A DNA stretch of 34,162 nt from the NCBI GenBank assembly GCA_903842985.1, contig CAIMOB010000058.1:1-34162 (forward strand). The letters run 5' to 3'. Of the stretch, positions 1 through 9,354 are shown piece by piece. Under the pieces are notes generated by a model. That model saw nothing but the letters and a program-made list of their open reading frames with translations, ran no database searches and had not been told where the DNA came from. The translations under genes and the position numbers were made by a program. The stretch's first letter is position 1. Each line of letters opens with the position of its first letter. The DNA is from an uncultured archaeon (GTDB taxonomy: Archaea; Nanobdellota; Nanobdellia; Woesearchaeales; CAIVOO01).

Positions 1-47
1 CTCAGAAAGAAGACAGCAAAAGCGTTGTGTGCCAGTAAGGCAGGTGA

Positions 48-521
48 TCATTTATATTTCTTCATATCAATTCCTAAATCTTTTGGACCGAATCCCAATG
101 GCAGAAGTTCTTCAATTGTGGCAATAACTATTTTATCCATTTTAGTCGTCGCCATTATTATTTCTAAATTTCTTCCTGAAACTTGAGCAAATTCATAAAG
201 CACTTGCCTGCAGTTCCCGCATGGAGCAGTCACTTTATCTGTGTCAAAATTTTTTCCTTTTGCGATGATTGCTACTTTGCTAAAATTCCTTATCCCCATT
301 GCATTCGCCCTGAATATCGCTGCCCTTTCTGCACAAACTGTGGAGCCGTATGCTGCATTTTCCACATTTGAGCCTGTGATTATCATGCCGTTCTGCGCCA
401 AAAGCGCTGCCCCGACATAGAAATTAGAATAAGGATTGTATGCTGTGTTCATCACTTTCTCAGCTTCATTCAATAATCTCTGCTGCACATCTTCTAATTT
501 TTCATATTTTACTTTTTTCAT
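48..521 (-). CDS. cdd: Cytidine deaminase
   Basis: AYNPYSNFYVGAAL N-terminus, G.NVENAAYG.TVCAER (C-A-E zinc/catalytic motif) and APCGNCRQ (PCxxC); homotetrameric CDA type. Confidence 0.95.
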   Translation of the reverse strand: MKKVKYEKLEDVQQRLLNEAEKVMNTAYNPYSNFYVGAALLAQNGMIITGSNVENAAYGSTVCAERAAIFRANAMGIRNFSKVAIIAKGKNFDTDKVTAPCGNCRQVLYEFAQVSGRNLEIIMATTKMDKIVIATIEELLPLGFGPKDLGIDMKKYK

Positions 522-524
522 GCT

Positions 525-836
525 CTATTGTTTGCCTTTTAACGCATCCAAAACTGCTTTTTCAAATCTGTCTTTTTCAAGAACAGAAAACATATGATAC
601 ATTCTCGGACATAAACCTCTTTCTGTCCCTCTTGTATCCACTCCTTGGGGTGGTTCATATGTTATTTTTTTCCTAAAGTTTTTTCCAAATTCATAAGCTA
701 TATGATCTCCAAGACTTTCGACACTCTTAAACCCGCACATTCCACCTGTTTGAGGGTTATGATCACAGTAATCATAAGAGCGTGTTCCTTTGATAAACCC
801 TACAATTCCGACAAATGTTTGCTGTGATTTTTTCAT
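525..836 (-). CDS. Hypothetical protein (103 aa)
   Basis: ATG-started ORF whose stop lies 3 nt before the cdd start; TATA-like TTTAAATA upstream on the minus strand (~860-868); no family recognised. Confidence 0.6.
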   Translation of the reverse strand: MKKSQQTFVGIVGFIKGTRSYDYCDHNPQTGGMCGFKSVESLGDHIAYEFGKNFRKKITYEPPQGVDTRGTERGLCPRMYHMFSVLEKDRFEKAVLDALKGKQ

Positions 837-1017
837 TTTAACATTCTAAAACCACAGCTCATATTTAAAACTTTTTAGGACTCAAGAGTAATAATACAAT
901 ATATAAACCGCAACTATTATAAACCCCTCCTTCTTACTACGTACTGTACGGGAAAAGGGAGAAAAAAAGACAAAATCTTATTTTCTCGGTTAATGAAAAC
1001 CGTTTTACAGCAAAAAG

Positions 1018-1356
1018 ATGAAAAGTAATAAAATAAAGCCGATTTTACCGAGTTTGCGGGAAAAAAAGCGATATTTGGGCTTTGAACTAATGCAAAAAGG
1101 CGCAAAAAGCGATTTTAAGGCAGTTTCAGCTGAAATAATGCGAAATGCCTCAAAACTTATAGGAGATTTAAGCCTTGCAAATGCCCAGATTCATATATTC
1201 CCTGAAAAATTCAATGGCAAAACAGGCATAATAAAGGTAAATAATAAATATCTTGACCATTTAAAGGCATCAATGGCATTGTCCAGTATTCAGATAAGAA
1301 GCGTAGCTGTTTCAGGCATGCTAAACAAAATCGAGAAAAAAATAGGTGAGGTGTAA
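1018..1356 (+). CDS. rnp2: Ribonuclease P protein component 2 (Pop5/Rpp14 family)
   Basis: LPSLREKKRYLGFE N-terminal motif and VSGMLNK C-terminal motif; canonical position upstream of psmA. Confidence 0.9.
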   Translation: MKSNKIKPILPSLREKKRYLGFELMQKGAKSDFKAVSAEIMRNASKLIGDLSLANAQIHIFPEKFNGKTGIIKVNNKYLDHLKASMALSSIQIRSVAVSGMLNKIEKKIGEV

Positions 1357-1357
1357 A

Positions 1358-2089
1358 ATGCAACCAGTACAGCATCAAATGATGGGGTATGACAGGGCAA
1401 TAACAATGTTCTCGCCGGACGGAAGATTGCTCCAGGTCGAATATGCAAAGAAAACAGTGAAGTTAGGAAATACTGCTTTAGGAATTGTCTGCAAAGACGG
1501 AGTTGTTTTGATTGCAGACAAAAGAATTGCTGACAAATTAATAGTCACAGAAGCTGTTGAGAAAATATGGCAGATTGATGAGCATGTCGGCGCAACTGCT
1601 TCAGGAATATTATCAGACGCGCGCGTCCTTGTTGAAAGGGCACAGCTGGAAGCGCAGCAGCACCGCGTTACATATGACAATGCAATTGATGTTTCAGAGA
1701 TTGTGAAGAACATCTGCGATTTGAAGCAGATATGCACGCAGTCCGGCGGGCTTAGGCCTTTCGGAGTTTCGCTGTTGGTTGCAGGCATTGACGAAACAGG
1801 GCCTATTCTGTATGAGACAGATCCAATCGGAATCTATTTCAGGTACAGGGCAGCTGCAATCGGCGAGGGAGAAACAGAGGTTGAGGAGATACTTACAAAG
1901 GAATACAAGGACAGCATAACTGTCGACGAGGCTTTGAAGCTTGGAGTCAGGGCGCTTGTAAAGATACTTGACAATAACTTTGACATTGACAGGATTGACG
2001 CTGCGTACATAAAGTTGGACAAGCCGAAGTTCACAAGGCTGACAAGAAAAGAAATAGAAAATATCTTTACGCAGATAAAGAAGAAGTGA
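1358..2089 (+). CDS. psmA: 20S proteasome alpha subunit
   Basis: GYDRAITMFSPDGRLLQVEYA alpha-subunit signature and RPFGVSLL; start moved to ATG 1358 after SD GGTGAGGTG (1345-1353). Confidence 0.97.
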   Translation: MQPVQHQMMGYDRAITMFSPDGRLLQVEYAKKTVKLGNTALGIVCKDGVVLIADKRIADKLIVTEAVEKIWQIDEHVGATASGILSDARVLVERAQLEAQQHRVTYDNAIDVSEIVKNICDLKQICTQSGGLRPFGVSLLVAGIDETGPILYETDPIGIYFRYRAAAIGEGETEVEEILTKEYKDSITVDEALKLGVRALVKILDNNFDIDRIDAAYIKLDKPKFTRLTRKEIENIFTQIKKK

Positions 2090-2093
2090 TAAT

Positions 2094-2825
2094 ATGACAA
2101 AGGGATTTGCAAAAAACCTGTACGGAGACCAGCCGCACATAAATGTGGCAAGGTACATCAAGGGCAAGTCAAATCATTTTGAAGTTGTCATAGACCCTGA
2201 CCTTGCAATGAAATTCAGGAACAACCAGATTTCTGATGTGAGGGATGTCCTGAAGAACGAGGGCGTTTTCATAGACGCTAAAAAGGGGTTGAGGCCTGCA
2301 GAAAACGAGCTAAAGGAAACATTCGGCACAACAGACCACCTGAAAATTGCAGAAAAAATAATCAGGGAAGGGCTTATACAGGTCTCTGAAAAATTCAGAG
2401 AGGAACAGAAAGAAGTCAAAAGAAGAAGAATAATCGATTTAATACATCAAAATTGCGTGGATTCAAAGACAGAGCTTCCTCATCCGGCAACGAGGATTGA
2501 AAACGCGATGAGGGAAGCAAAGGTAAGGATAGACGACAACAAGTCAGCTGAGGACCAGCTGCAGGACATAATAAAACAGTTGCGGGCTATCCTTCCGATA
2601 AAATTCGAAATAAAAGAATTGGAAATAAACGTGCCACTTAAACATGCATCAAGGGCGCACGGCGTGATAAAACAGCTTGCGAAAGTGACAGGCGAAAAAT
2701 GGAACGCCGACGGCTCTTTAAGCTGTACAGCAGATTTGCCCGCTGGTATGCAGGACGAGTTTTTTGAAAAAATTAACTCGCTCACGCACGGAGAGGCAGA
2801 GATTAAAGTTATAAGAAGCAAATAG
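2094..2825 (+). CDS. Ribosome maturation protein SBDS/Sdo1
   Basis: HFEVVIDP, DAKKG, FGTTD, PHP..RIENAM.EA and LPAG.Q motifs; conserved psmA-SBDS-rrp4 order. Confidence 0.93.
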   Translation: MTKGFAKNLYGDQPHINVARYIKGKSNHFEVVIDPDLAMKFRNNQISDVRDVLKNEGVFIDAKKGLRPAENELKETFGTTDHLKIAEKIIREGLIQVSEKFREEQKEVKRRRIIDLIHQNCVDSKTELPHPATRIENAMREAKVRIDDNKSAEDQLQDIIKQLRAILPIKFEIKELEINVPLKHASRAHGVIKQLAKVTGEKWNADGSLSCTADLPAGMQDEFFEKINSLTHGEAEIKVIRSK

Positions 2826-2833
2826 GAGGAAAA

Positions 2834-3598
2834 ATGAGTGAGCTTTTAGTAAAAAACAAAAGCATAGTTGTTCCTGGCGAGGAGCTGGCAAGCGGAATGG
2901 ACTTCCTGCCTTCGTTCGGGACATACAGGGACAAGGATATTATAGTTGCCTCGAGGCTCGGAATGGTGAACGTCGAAGGCAAAGTTATCAAGATAACACC
3001 CTTGTCAGGAAAATACAACCCAAGGAGAGGGGACATGATAATCGGAAAGATTGTTGATGTCTCATATTCAGGATGGAGAGTTGACACAAACTCAGCCTAT
3101 CCGGCAATGCTTTCAATAAAGGATGCAACATCAGAATTTATCAACAGAGGCGCCGATTTGACGCAGTTCTTCGATGTCGATGATTACATTGTTGCAAGCA
3201 TCTTCAATATCACATCGCAGAAGCTTATCGACGTCACAATGAAGGGCCCAGGGCTGAGGAAACTTGTCGGCGGAAGAATAATCCAGATAAACACCAACAA
3301 GGTTCCGAGAATCATAGGCAAACAGGGCTCAATGATAAGCATGGTCAAGGACGCGACCGGCTGCAAGATAATCGTCGGGCAGAACGGACTGCTGTGGCTG
3401 ACTGGTGAGCCGAAGATGGAATTGCTTGTAGTTGAGACAATAAAAAAAATAGAAGACGAAGCTCATATGAGCGGACTGACAGAAAAGATAAAGAACTTCC
3501 TTGAGAAAAAAACAGGAAAAAAAATAGAGCCAAGAGAAGAAGTCAGGAATGATGACATGCGCATGAACAGAAATGACGAAGTGCGCAGGGAGAGGTAA
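2834..3598 (+). CDS. rrp4: Exosome RNA-binding cap protein Rrp4 (S1+KH)
   Basis: VVPGEEL, Y.P..GD.IIG, KVPRIIGKQGSMI and IIVGQNG motifs. Confidence 0.95.
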   Translation: MSELLVKNKSIVVPGEELASGMDFLPSFGTYRDKDIIVASRLGMVNVEGKVIKITPLSGKYNPRRGDMIIGKIVDVSYSGWRVDTNSAYPAMLSIKDATSEFINRGADLTQFFDVDDYIVASIFNITSQKLIDVTMKGPGLRKLVGGRIIQINTNKVPRIIGKQGSMISMVKDATGCKIIVGQNGLLWLTGEPKMELLVVETIKKIEDEAHMSGLTEKIKNFLEKKTGKKIEPREEVRNDDMRMNRNDEVRRER

Positions 3599-3600
3599 AA

Positions 3601-4317
3601 ATGACATACTCCAAAAGAACTGATGGCAGAAAATTTGAAGAGTTGAGGCCGATTGAGGCAAAAGCTGGGGTCATCCCAAGGGCTGACGGCTCAGCTTGGT
3701 TCAAGATGGGGAACACTGCAGCATATGCTGCTGTTTATGGGCCAAGAAGCCTGTATCCAAAATTCATGCAGAACCCAAAAGTTGGAATCATAAGGGTAAA
3801 TTACTCAATGATGCCGTTTTCGAGCGCTGGTGAGAGGGTAAGGCCGGGTCCAAACAGAAGGTCAAAGGAAATTTCAATGGTAATCGAAAAGGCGCTTGCC
3901 TCTGTCGTGAATCTGGAAGAGTTCCCGAACTCGGTTGTTGATGTTTTCATAGCGCTTCCGCAGACAGACGCGGGCACAAGATGCGCCGGAATCTGCGCAG
4001 CTTCAATCGCGCTTGCGGACGCAGGAATACCAATGAAGGACATGATTGCAGCATTGTCCGTAGGAAGGGTTGCAGACAAGCTTCTCGTAGACCTGAACTA
4101 CGACGAGGATTCGCATGAGGATGGCGTTGACATACCTGTTGCAATCGTGCAGAGAAGCGGGCATGTGGCGCTGCTTCAGATGGACGGACTGCTTACAAGG
4201 GAACAGCTCAAGACGCTGCTCGGAATGGCGCAGGAAGGCGTCAAGAAGATATTTGAGGAGCAGAAGAAGGCCTTGAAGAATAAATATAAGGCAATTGAAG
4301 AAGAGAATGGTGAATAA
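3601..4317 (+). CDS. rrp41: Exosome catalytic subunit Rrp41 (RNase PH fold)
   Basis: R.DGR...ELRP, ADGSA, AAVYGPR, RRSKEIS, DAGTR phosphate-binding loop and DL..DED catalytic acidic motif. Confidence 0.95.
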   Translation: MTYSKRTDGRKFEELRPIEAKAGVIPRADGSAWFKMGNTAAYAAVYGPRSLYPKFMQNPKVGIIRVNYSMMPFSSAGERVRPGPNRRSKEISMVIEKALASVVNLEEFPNSVVDVFIALPQTDAGTRCAGICAASIALADAGIPMKDMIAALSVGRVADKLLVDLNYDEDSHEDGVDIPVAIVQRSGHVALLQMDGLLTREQLKTLLGMAQEGVKKIFEEQKKALKNKYKAIEEENGE

Positions 4318-5080
4318 AATGGACAGAGCAGATATTTTAAAATCGTTGAATGAAAACTTGAGGATTGACGGAAGAAAACTTCTTGATACAAGGAAGATAG
4401 AAGTTGAGTACAGCATTTCAAAGAATGCAGAGGGCTCTGCAAGGGTTAAGTTCGGCGGGACAGAAGTTCTTGCCGGAGTGAAGCTTTCAGTTGGCACTCC
4501 TTATTCTGACAGACCTGACGAGGGCTCAATGATGGTTGAGGCTGAGCTTTCGCCGATGTCGAACCCGGAATTCGAGGCAGGACCGCCTGACATACAGGCA
4601 GTTGAGCTTGCAAGGGTTGTCGACAGGGGAATAAGGGAGTCAAAGGCAATCGACGTGAAAAAGCTCTGCATAAAGGAAGGAGAGAAATGCTGGCTTGTGT
4701 GCATTGACATTGTCACAATAAATGACGAAGGCAACCTGATAGACGCCTCTTCGCTTGCGGCGCTTGCTGCGCTGAAGAACGCAGTCTTCCCAAAACTGGA
4801 CGGCGAAAATGTGGACTACAAGTCAAAGACAACCAAGAAAATCCCGTTGTCAAAGGAGCCGATTTCAGTCACTGTATGCAAGATAGGCAACCATTTCATA
4901 ATAGATCCGCTGACAGCAGAAGAGAAGATAATTGATGCGAGACTTACTATTGCATCCACTGAAGGCAAACTTTGCTCGCTCCAAAAGGGCGGAGACACGC
5001 CAATCTCTATTGAAGACATCGACAAGATGGTTGAGATAGGGATGAAAACAGCAGATGAGATAAGAAAGGTGCTAGAATGA
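4307..5080 (+). CDS. rrp42: Exosome subunit Rrp42
   Basis: RIDGRK, AEGSARV, FEAGPP...[22 protein letters not shown] and QKGG; start uncertain (ATG 4307 or 4319). Confidence 0.93.
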   Translation: MVNKMDRADILKSLNENLRIDGRKLLDTRKIEVEYSISKNAEGSARVKFGGTEVLAGVKLSVGTPYSDRPDEGSMMVEAELSPMSNPEFEAGPPDIQAVELARVVDRGIRESKAIDVKKLCIKEGEKCWLVCIDIVTINDEGNLIDASSLAALAALKNAVFPKLDGENVDYKSKTTKKIPLSKEPISVTVCKIGNHFIIDPLTAEEKIIDARLTIASTEGKLCSLQKGGDTPISIEDIDKMVEIGMKTADEIRKVLE

Positions 5081-5286
5081 ACGAGCAGCAGCTTACAAAA
5101 TATGAAAGAGCCAGGATAATTGGCACAAGAGCGCTGCAAATATCTATGGGAGCCCCTTTCTTGTTGAAGTTCTCTGAAAAAGAGATTGAGGATATGAAAT
5201 ATAATCCGATAGAGATGGCAAAAAAGGAGCTTGAAAAGGGTGTAATTCCGATAACTATAAAAAGGCCCCAAGTGAACGAGAAATAA
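5077..5286 (+). CDS. rpoK: DNA-directed RNA polymerase subunit K (Rpo6)
   Basis: [21 protein letters not shown] signature and A..EL..G.IPITI.R. Confidence 0.95.
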   Translation: MNEQQLTKYERARIIGTRALQISMGAPFLLKFSEKEIEDMKYNPIEMAKKELEKGVIPITIKRPQVNEK

Positions 5287-5287
5287 A

Positions 5288-6031
5288 ATGGCAGTAGCAG
5301 CGACAAAAACAATAGATGTCTGGAGAATGAAGAAATGGTGGCAGATAATAGCGCCGCCAGCATTGAAAGGCGCAATGATAGGCGAAACGCCTGCGCTTAC
5401 AATTGACGAAGCAGTTGGCAGAACAGTTAACATAAGCCTGTCTGCCGTAACCAGCGATGTCAAGAGGCAGAACGCAAATGCAACATTCCAGATAACTGGC
5501 GTTAAGGAAAACAGGCTGCAGACAAGGCTGATAAAATACGAAGTATCGCCTTCGTTCATAAGAAGGTGTGTTAGGAAAGACAGGACAAGAGTTGATGATT
5601 CATTTATCTGCAAGACATCTGACAATATTTCTGTGAGGATAAAGCCGTTCTTAGTTACTGCTCATACAGTAAATGGCTCCAGGGAGACTCTGCTTGCAAA
5701 ACTTGCAAGAACAACACTGAGAGACGTGATAAGCAAGCTGGATTACAGCAATCTCATAGAAGAGATTGTTTCAAACAGGCTGCAGAAGAACATAGCTACT
5801 GCATTGAGAAAGGTTGTGCCGCTCAAGACATTTGAAATAAGAGTGATGGAAATAATCGAGGAAAAGAAAGAGACGCCCAAGGCTGAAGCTGCTGTGAAGA
5901 TTGAGCAGAAAATTGAGGAGCCAAAAGCTGTGGAAGAAATAAAGGCGGAAGAGACGCCAAAGGAAGAAGTAAAGAAGAAAAGAGAATCAAAAAATAAAGC
6001 TATTTCTAAAAATGCCGAAACCAATAATTGA
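5288..6031 (+). CDS. rps3ae: 30S ribosomal protein S3Ae (eS1), with Glu/Lys-rich C-tail
   Basis: D.W..KKWW.IIAP, IGETPA, GRTV, IRR.VRK..TRVD and KV.PL...EIR; charged tail after about residue 190. Confidence 0.88.
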   Translation: MAVAATKTIDVWRMKKWWQIIAPPALKGAMIGETPALTIDEAVGRTVNISLSAVTSDVKRQNANATFQITGVKENRLQTRLIKYEVSPSFIRRCVRKDRTRVDDSFICKTSDNISVRIKPFLVTAHTVNGSRETLLAKLARTTLRDVISKLDYSNLIEEIVSNRLQKNIATALRKVVPLKTFEIRVMEIIEEKKETPKAEAAVKIEQKIEEPKAVEEIKAEETPKEEVKKKRESKNKAISKNAETNN

Positions 6032-6194
6032 TCCCAAGAAATGCAACGGCTGCGGGGAATGCGTAAAGATTTGCCCAAAGGAAGTTTTCGGAAAAGTAAA
6101 GGGCAAGGTTGTGACTGTTGATGAGAACGAATGCATCGGCTGCAGGGCTTGCGAAGTGCAGTGTCCAAAGGATGCCATAAAGGTTCAGGATTAG
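6012..6194 (+). CDS. 2[4Fe-4S] ferredoxin
   Basis: Two CxxCxxCxxxCP motifs (CNGCGECVKICP, CIGCRACEVQCP); overlaps the eS1 3' end by 20 nt. Confidence 0.93.
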   Translation: MPKPIIDPKKCNGCGECVKICPKEVFGKVKGKVVTVDENECIGCRACEVQCPKDAIKVQD

Positions 6195-6226
6195 ATTTAT
6201 AAATTCTAAAATATAACCTTATATTA

Positions 6227-6652
6227 ATGATAGAGTTCGTGAAGTATTTTGCAAAAAAGAGAGCTGCGCTGACTGCTGTGTTTCTGATTCACATATTTAC
6301 ATTCATCCCCGCATCAATTCTTCTATGGCTTGAAGGAGAAAGGCATTATATGTTTTACATCTTTGCGGGCGGAATTGCAATAATCACTGGCTGGGTCATT
6401 CTTGAGGCGGGAAAGGATTTAATAAATGCAGTTCCAAGCTTCAGAAAGGACTTCTTATTTCCGGCAAATATCCTATTTTTTGCGTTTTACCTAATTTTCG
6501 GATATGGCATACCTGAATTCTATTACCGAGTTGCAGTTTTTTTCGCGCCGTTTGAGCTTGACTATGTTGGCCCAAGCAGGATTCTGGTATTTTTCATTAT
6601 GATTATAGGATACAATTTATTTCTTGTTCCAAGAATGCTTAAGAAAAAATAA
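6227..6652 (+). CDS. Hypothetical integral membrane protein (~4 TM)
   Basis: Four hydrophobic stretches; own TATA-like TTTATAAA at ~6196. Confidence 0.75.
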   Translation: MIEFVKYFAKKRAALTAVFLIHIFTFIPASILLWLEGERHYMFYIFAGGIAIITGWVILEAGKDLINAVPSFRKDFLFPANILFFAFYLIFGYGIPEFYYRVAVFFAPFELDYVGPSRILVFFIMIIGYNLFLVPRMLKKK

Positions 6653-6716
6653 AAAATCCTCCTAAACGCAGAGTATTTTTTAAGCCTCAAACTTAGATTA
6701 AGCCAAGTTTGAGCAA

Positions 6717-7292
6717 TTATAATTTGCTCTTCACTGCCTTGTCAGAAACAATCACGCTGTTTCCAGTAGGGTCTTCTATGATTAATCTCGCCTTTTCCTG
6801 CCCCCACATTATTTTCTGTATTTTTTTCAGCATATTCTTTGCCTTTGTCCTGTCTGCATCGTCCTCTGCGCTGTCCCTTGCGATTTCTACCGCTCTCTTG
6901 ACCCTGTTCAGGACACCCTCAACATTTGTCACATAGCCGTTTGAGGCGGGGCCTGATTCGATTGTTGTTATGTGAGGAATCTTCACTGTTGCTTCTGCTG
7001 ACTTAACAATCCTTATCCTCATGTCCTCTTCAGAATCAATGTCCAGTGTGTATTTCACAGGCTCGTTTTCCTCTGCAAACTCAACATCTGCCTTGTGGTA
7101 TCCGCATTCATCGCAGCTCATTGAGAAAATGTAGATTAATGTGTCCTTTTCGCCGAAAGGGATGTATTTTTCAAGCTCTGTGAGAGTGCATGTCTTCTTG
7201 CGGCAGACAGGGCATTCCTGTCCGGCGAGAACTGTAAGGTTCTTAGACTCAAACTCCTCTGCTTTTTTTTCTTCTTCGTATTTTTCTTTCAC
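6717..7292 (-). CDS. ZPR1 zinc-finger domain protein
   Basis: CPVC...IPF....IFSMSCDECGY, RIVKS..ATV.IP, GY.TNVEGVL and IEDPTGNS; GTG start. Confidence 0.92.
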   Translation of the reverse strand: MKEKYEEEKKAEEFESKNLTVLAGQECPVCRKKTCTLTELEKYIPFGEKDTLIYIFSMSCDECGYHKADVEFAEENEPVKYTLDIDSEEDMRIRIVKSAEATVKIPHITTIESGPASNGYVTNVEGVLNRVKRAVEIARDSAEDDADRTKAKNMLKKIQKIMWGQEKARLIIEDPTGNSVIVSDKAVKSKL

Positions 7293-7590
7293 GTCGCTAA
7301 GGATATAGTAAAATGAAATTTATAAATCTTGTTGTTTTTAGAAAATTTTAAAAACCAACAAACCCCTTTTTTAGAAAAAAAGGCGTTAGGGCGGGAAAAA
7401 ACTAGTTTACAAGTGCAACAAAATATCCGATTTTGTGCACAAAAACGCCTAAAAGCGTTTTTTGTGTCATAATAATAAGCGCGTAGCCGCGCGTGTTCTA
7501 GCAACAAAATTTAAATCATATTTAAAAATCCAGAAAAACAAAGACAATGTCATCCAGATAAAGTTAAAAATAAAAATATATTAAAAGCAA

Positions 7591-7986
7591 TCAGATACTG
7601 TCATTGCTTATCTTCGCTTCCCTATAGATTGATGCAAATGAAGGGACGACAGCAACCCAATCCTCTCCGAATCCTGCAATGTCGCCTTCGACAGCATCGC
7701 ATGTCTTCTTCAGTTTGTTGATTGCCCTCTTCAATTCTATCAGATCCCTGTCTCTAAGGGGCCTTATATTGATTAAAGCGATTGTGTAGCCTTCTCTAAG
7801 CGAGTCTATGACTGGCTTTATGTCCTCAAAATCCTCAAGCAGGAACGGCCTCACAACAATCTTTGCCTTGCCATCCTCACTTTCAGGCGTTACGTGGACA
7901 TAATCCTCGCTTTCTATAGGTACATCATAATCATCAGAACCAAATCCTCGCCTTAGCGAACTTCTTATTTTTTTAAACACTCCCAT
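7591..7986 (-). CDS. sepF: Cell division protein SepF (archaeal type)
   Basis: N-terminal amphipathic helix MGVFKKIR; core D.LREG.TIALINI..L..D..ELKRAI..LK......GDIAG.GE.....P. Confidence 0.88.
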   Translation of the reverse strand: MGVFKKIRSSLRRGFGSDDYDVPIESEDYVHVTPESEDGKAKIVVRPFLLEDFEDIKPVIDSLREGYTIALINIRPLRDRDLIELKRAINKLKKTCDAVEGDIAGFGEDWVAVVPSFASIYREAKISNDSI

Positions 7987-8163
7987 TTTCAGCCCTCCCT
8001 AGAAGCTTTACTAAAAAATAATCCTCTACAAATATATAAATATTTCGCTTTTTCGCTGTTGTTCTATTTCTGCTGAGTGGTGTCAATAGCAGGCAGTTAT
8101 ATACATTTCATATAGAAAGCTTTTTAAATAACACTTATTATTTATTTACACAGGTGGTTCAAA

Positions 8164-8454
8164 ATGGTAACAAGATTAGCAGGCGGTAGAAAAAAGTCCA
8201 GAAATAAGATGAAGAAGAGTTTCAGGACTCGGGGCAAGCTAAGCCTTACAAAATACTTTCAGGAGTTCAAAAAAGGCGATAAAGTCATTCTGAGGGCTGA
8301 GCCTGCGTATCAAAAGGCGCTGTACAATCTAAGGTTTCACAATAAAGTGGGAGTAATCATAGGAAAAAAAGGAAAGTGCTATGAGCTCACAATAAAGGAT
8401 GGCGGGAAGCTGAAGAAGCTTATTGTGCATCCTATCCACTTAACAAGGTGCTAG
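8164..8454 (+). CDS. rpl21e: 50S ribosomal protein L21e
   Basis: G.R...R..M.K..R.RG, F..GDKV, RFH.K.G and DGGK.K.LIVHP.HL; SD CAGGTGG upstream. Confidence 0.93.
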   Translation: MVTRLAGGRKKSRNKMKKSFRTRGKLSLTKYFQEFKKGDKVILRAEPAYQKALYNLRFHNKVGVIIGKKGKCYELTIKDGGKLKKLIVHPIHLTRC

Positions 8455-8456
8455 AA

Positions 8457-8789
8457 ATGACAAAACCGGAAATAATCTCAGAAACCCCAATCTCAATGTC
8501 TGAGATGAGGGAGAAGCTTGATGAAGTAAAGGAAAAAAGCAAAGAGCTTACTTTCAGGAGCGGGCGGACGCATGAGTTCCTGCAGTCGCTTCCATTGAAC
8601 AAAAAAAGCAAGGAGATTATGAAGAAGATTGAGGAGCTTAATGTTCCTAGATTGAAACCAGAGCACATCATAAAGATTGTTGATTTGATGCCGAAGACAG
8701 TTGATGAATTGAAAATCATACTCCAAGGATACACATTGACAGTGAGCAACGAAAATTTAAGCAAAATAGTGAGTTTGTTAGGAGAATGA
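8457..8789 (+). CDS. rpoF: DNA-directed RNA polymerase subunit F (Rpo4)
   Basis: II.E.PISM.E N-terminus and KIVDLMP.TVDELK.IL HRDC-like motif; conserved rpl21e-rpoF-DUF655 order; ATG 8457 preferred. Confidence 0.85.
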   Translation: MTKPEIISETPISMSEMREKLDEVKEKSKELTFRSGRTHEFLQSLPLNKKSKEIMKKIEELNVPRLKPEHIIKIVDLMPKTVDELKIILQGYTLTVSNENLSKIVSLLGE

Positions 8790-8802
8790 GATTTGGGCTA
8801 AT

Positions 8803-9354
8803 ATGGAAGATAAAGAAGAGTATGCAGTCGTATTGGATTTCCTTCAGCACGGCTATGCCTTTGACACAAGGCCGATGTTTAGGAAGACACCAATAGCCCA
8901 GGCTATAGGAAAAAAATATTTCTCGCTGCTTGAACTCGTACCTAAGAAAGATATTTTTCTTCAGCCTCGTGAAGAGGTTTACATAGGAGAGGGCAAGCGG
9001 GATAAGATACACCATATTGTCGGAAAGATTTCTTCTGCAAAGCTGACGCAGACAGCGAAGGCGGAGCTTGAGAACTTTGTGAAGGAAGCTATTGAGAGGG
9101 ATGAGAAGAGGTTTGTGGAGTTTTTCAACACTGCCCAGCCTCTGACAACAAGGATGCACCAGCTGGAGCTCCTGCCTGGACTTGGCAAGAAGCACATGTG
9201 GGAGATAATTGAAACAAGAAAAGAGAAGCCATTCGAATCATTCGAAGACATAAAGAAGAGAGTAAAATTAATGCCTGACCCGAAGAAGATTGTCATAAAA
9301 AGGATTCTTGAAGAACTGACAGGCGACGAGAAGCACAGGATTTTTGTCAGATAA
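8803..9354 (+). CDS. DUF655 family predicted RNA-binding protein
   Basis: EEYA.VLDFL..G, AQAIG...F.LLEL, FV.FFN.A.PLT.RMH.LELLPG.GKK and F.SFEDI..RV. Confidence 0.92.
   Translation: MEDKEEYAVVLDFLQHGYAFDTRPMFRKTPIAQAIGKKYFSLLELVPKKDIFLQPREEVYIGEGKRDKIHHIVGKISSAKLTQTAKAELENFVKEAIERDEKRFVEFFNTAQPLTTRMHQLELLPGLGKKHMWEIIETRKEKPFESFEDIKKRVKLMPDPKKIVIKRILEELTGDEKHRIFVR

Noticed and set aside
1..51. Partial gene at the left edge (plus-strand end QKEDSKSVVCQ-stop at 38, or a minus-strand start at 51)
   Set aside because: Too short to determine frame or strand.
4816..5625. Long antisense ORFs (also 1375..1788, 15704..16102, 26483..27118, 32712..33188 and others)
   Set aside because: Shadow frames opposite well-supported genes, with no recognisable motifs.
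7289..7507. 72-aa ORF in the sepF-ZPR1 gap
   Set aside because: TTG start, atypical composition, and it coincides with the palindromes and likely ZPR1 promoter.
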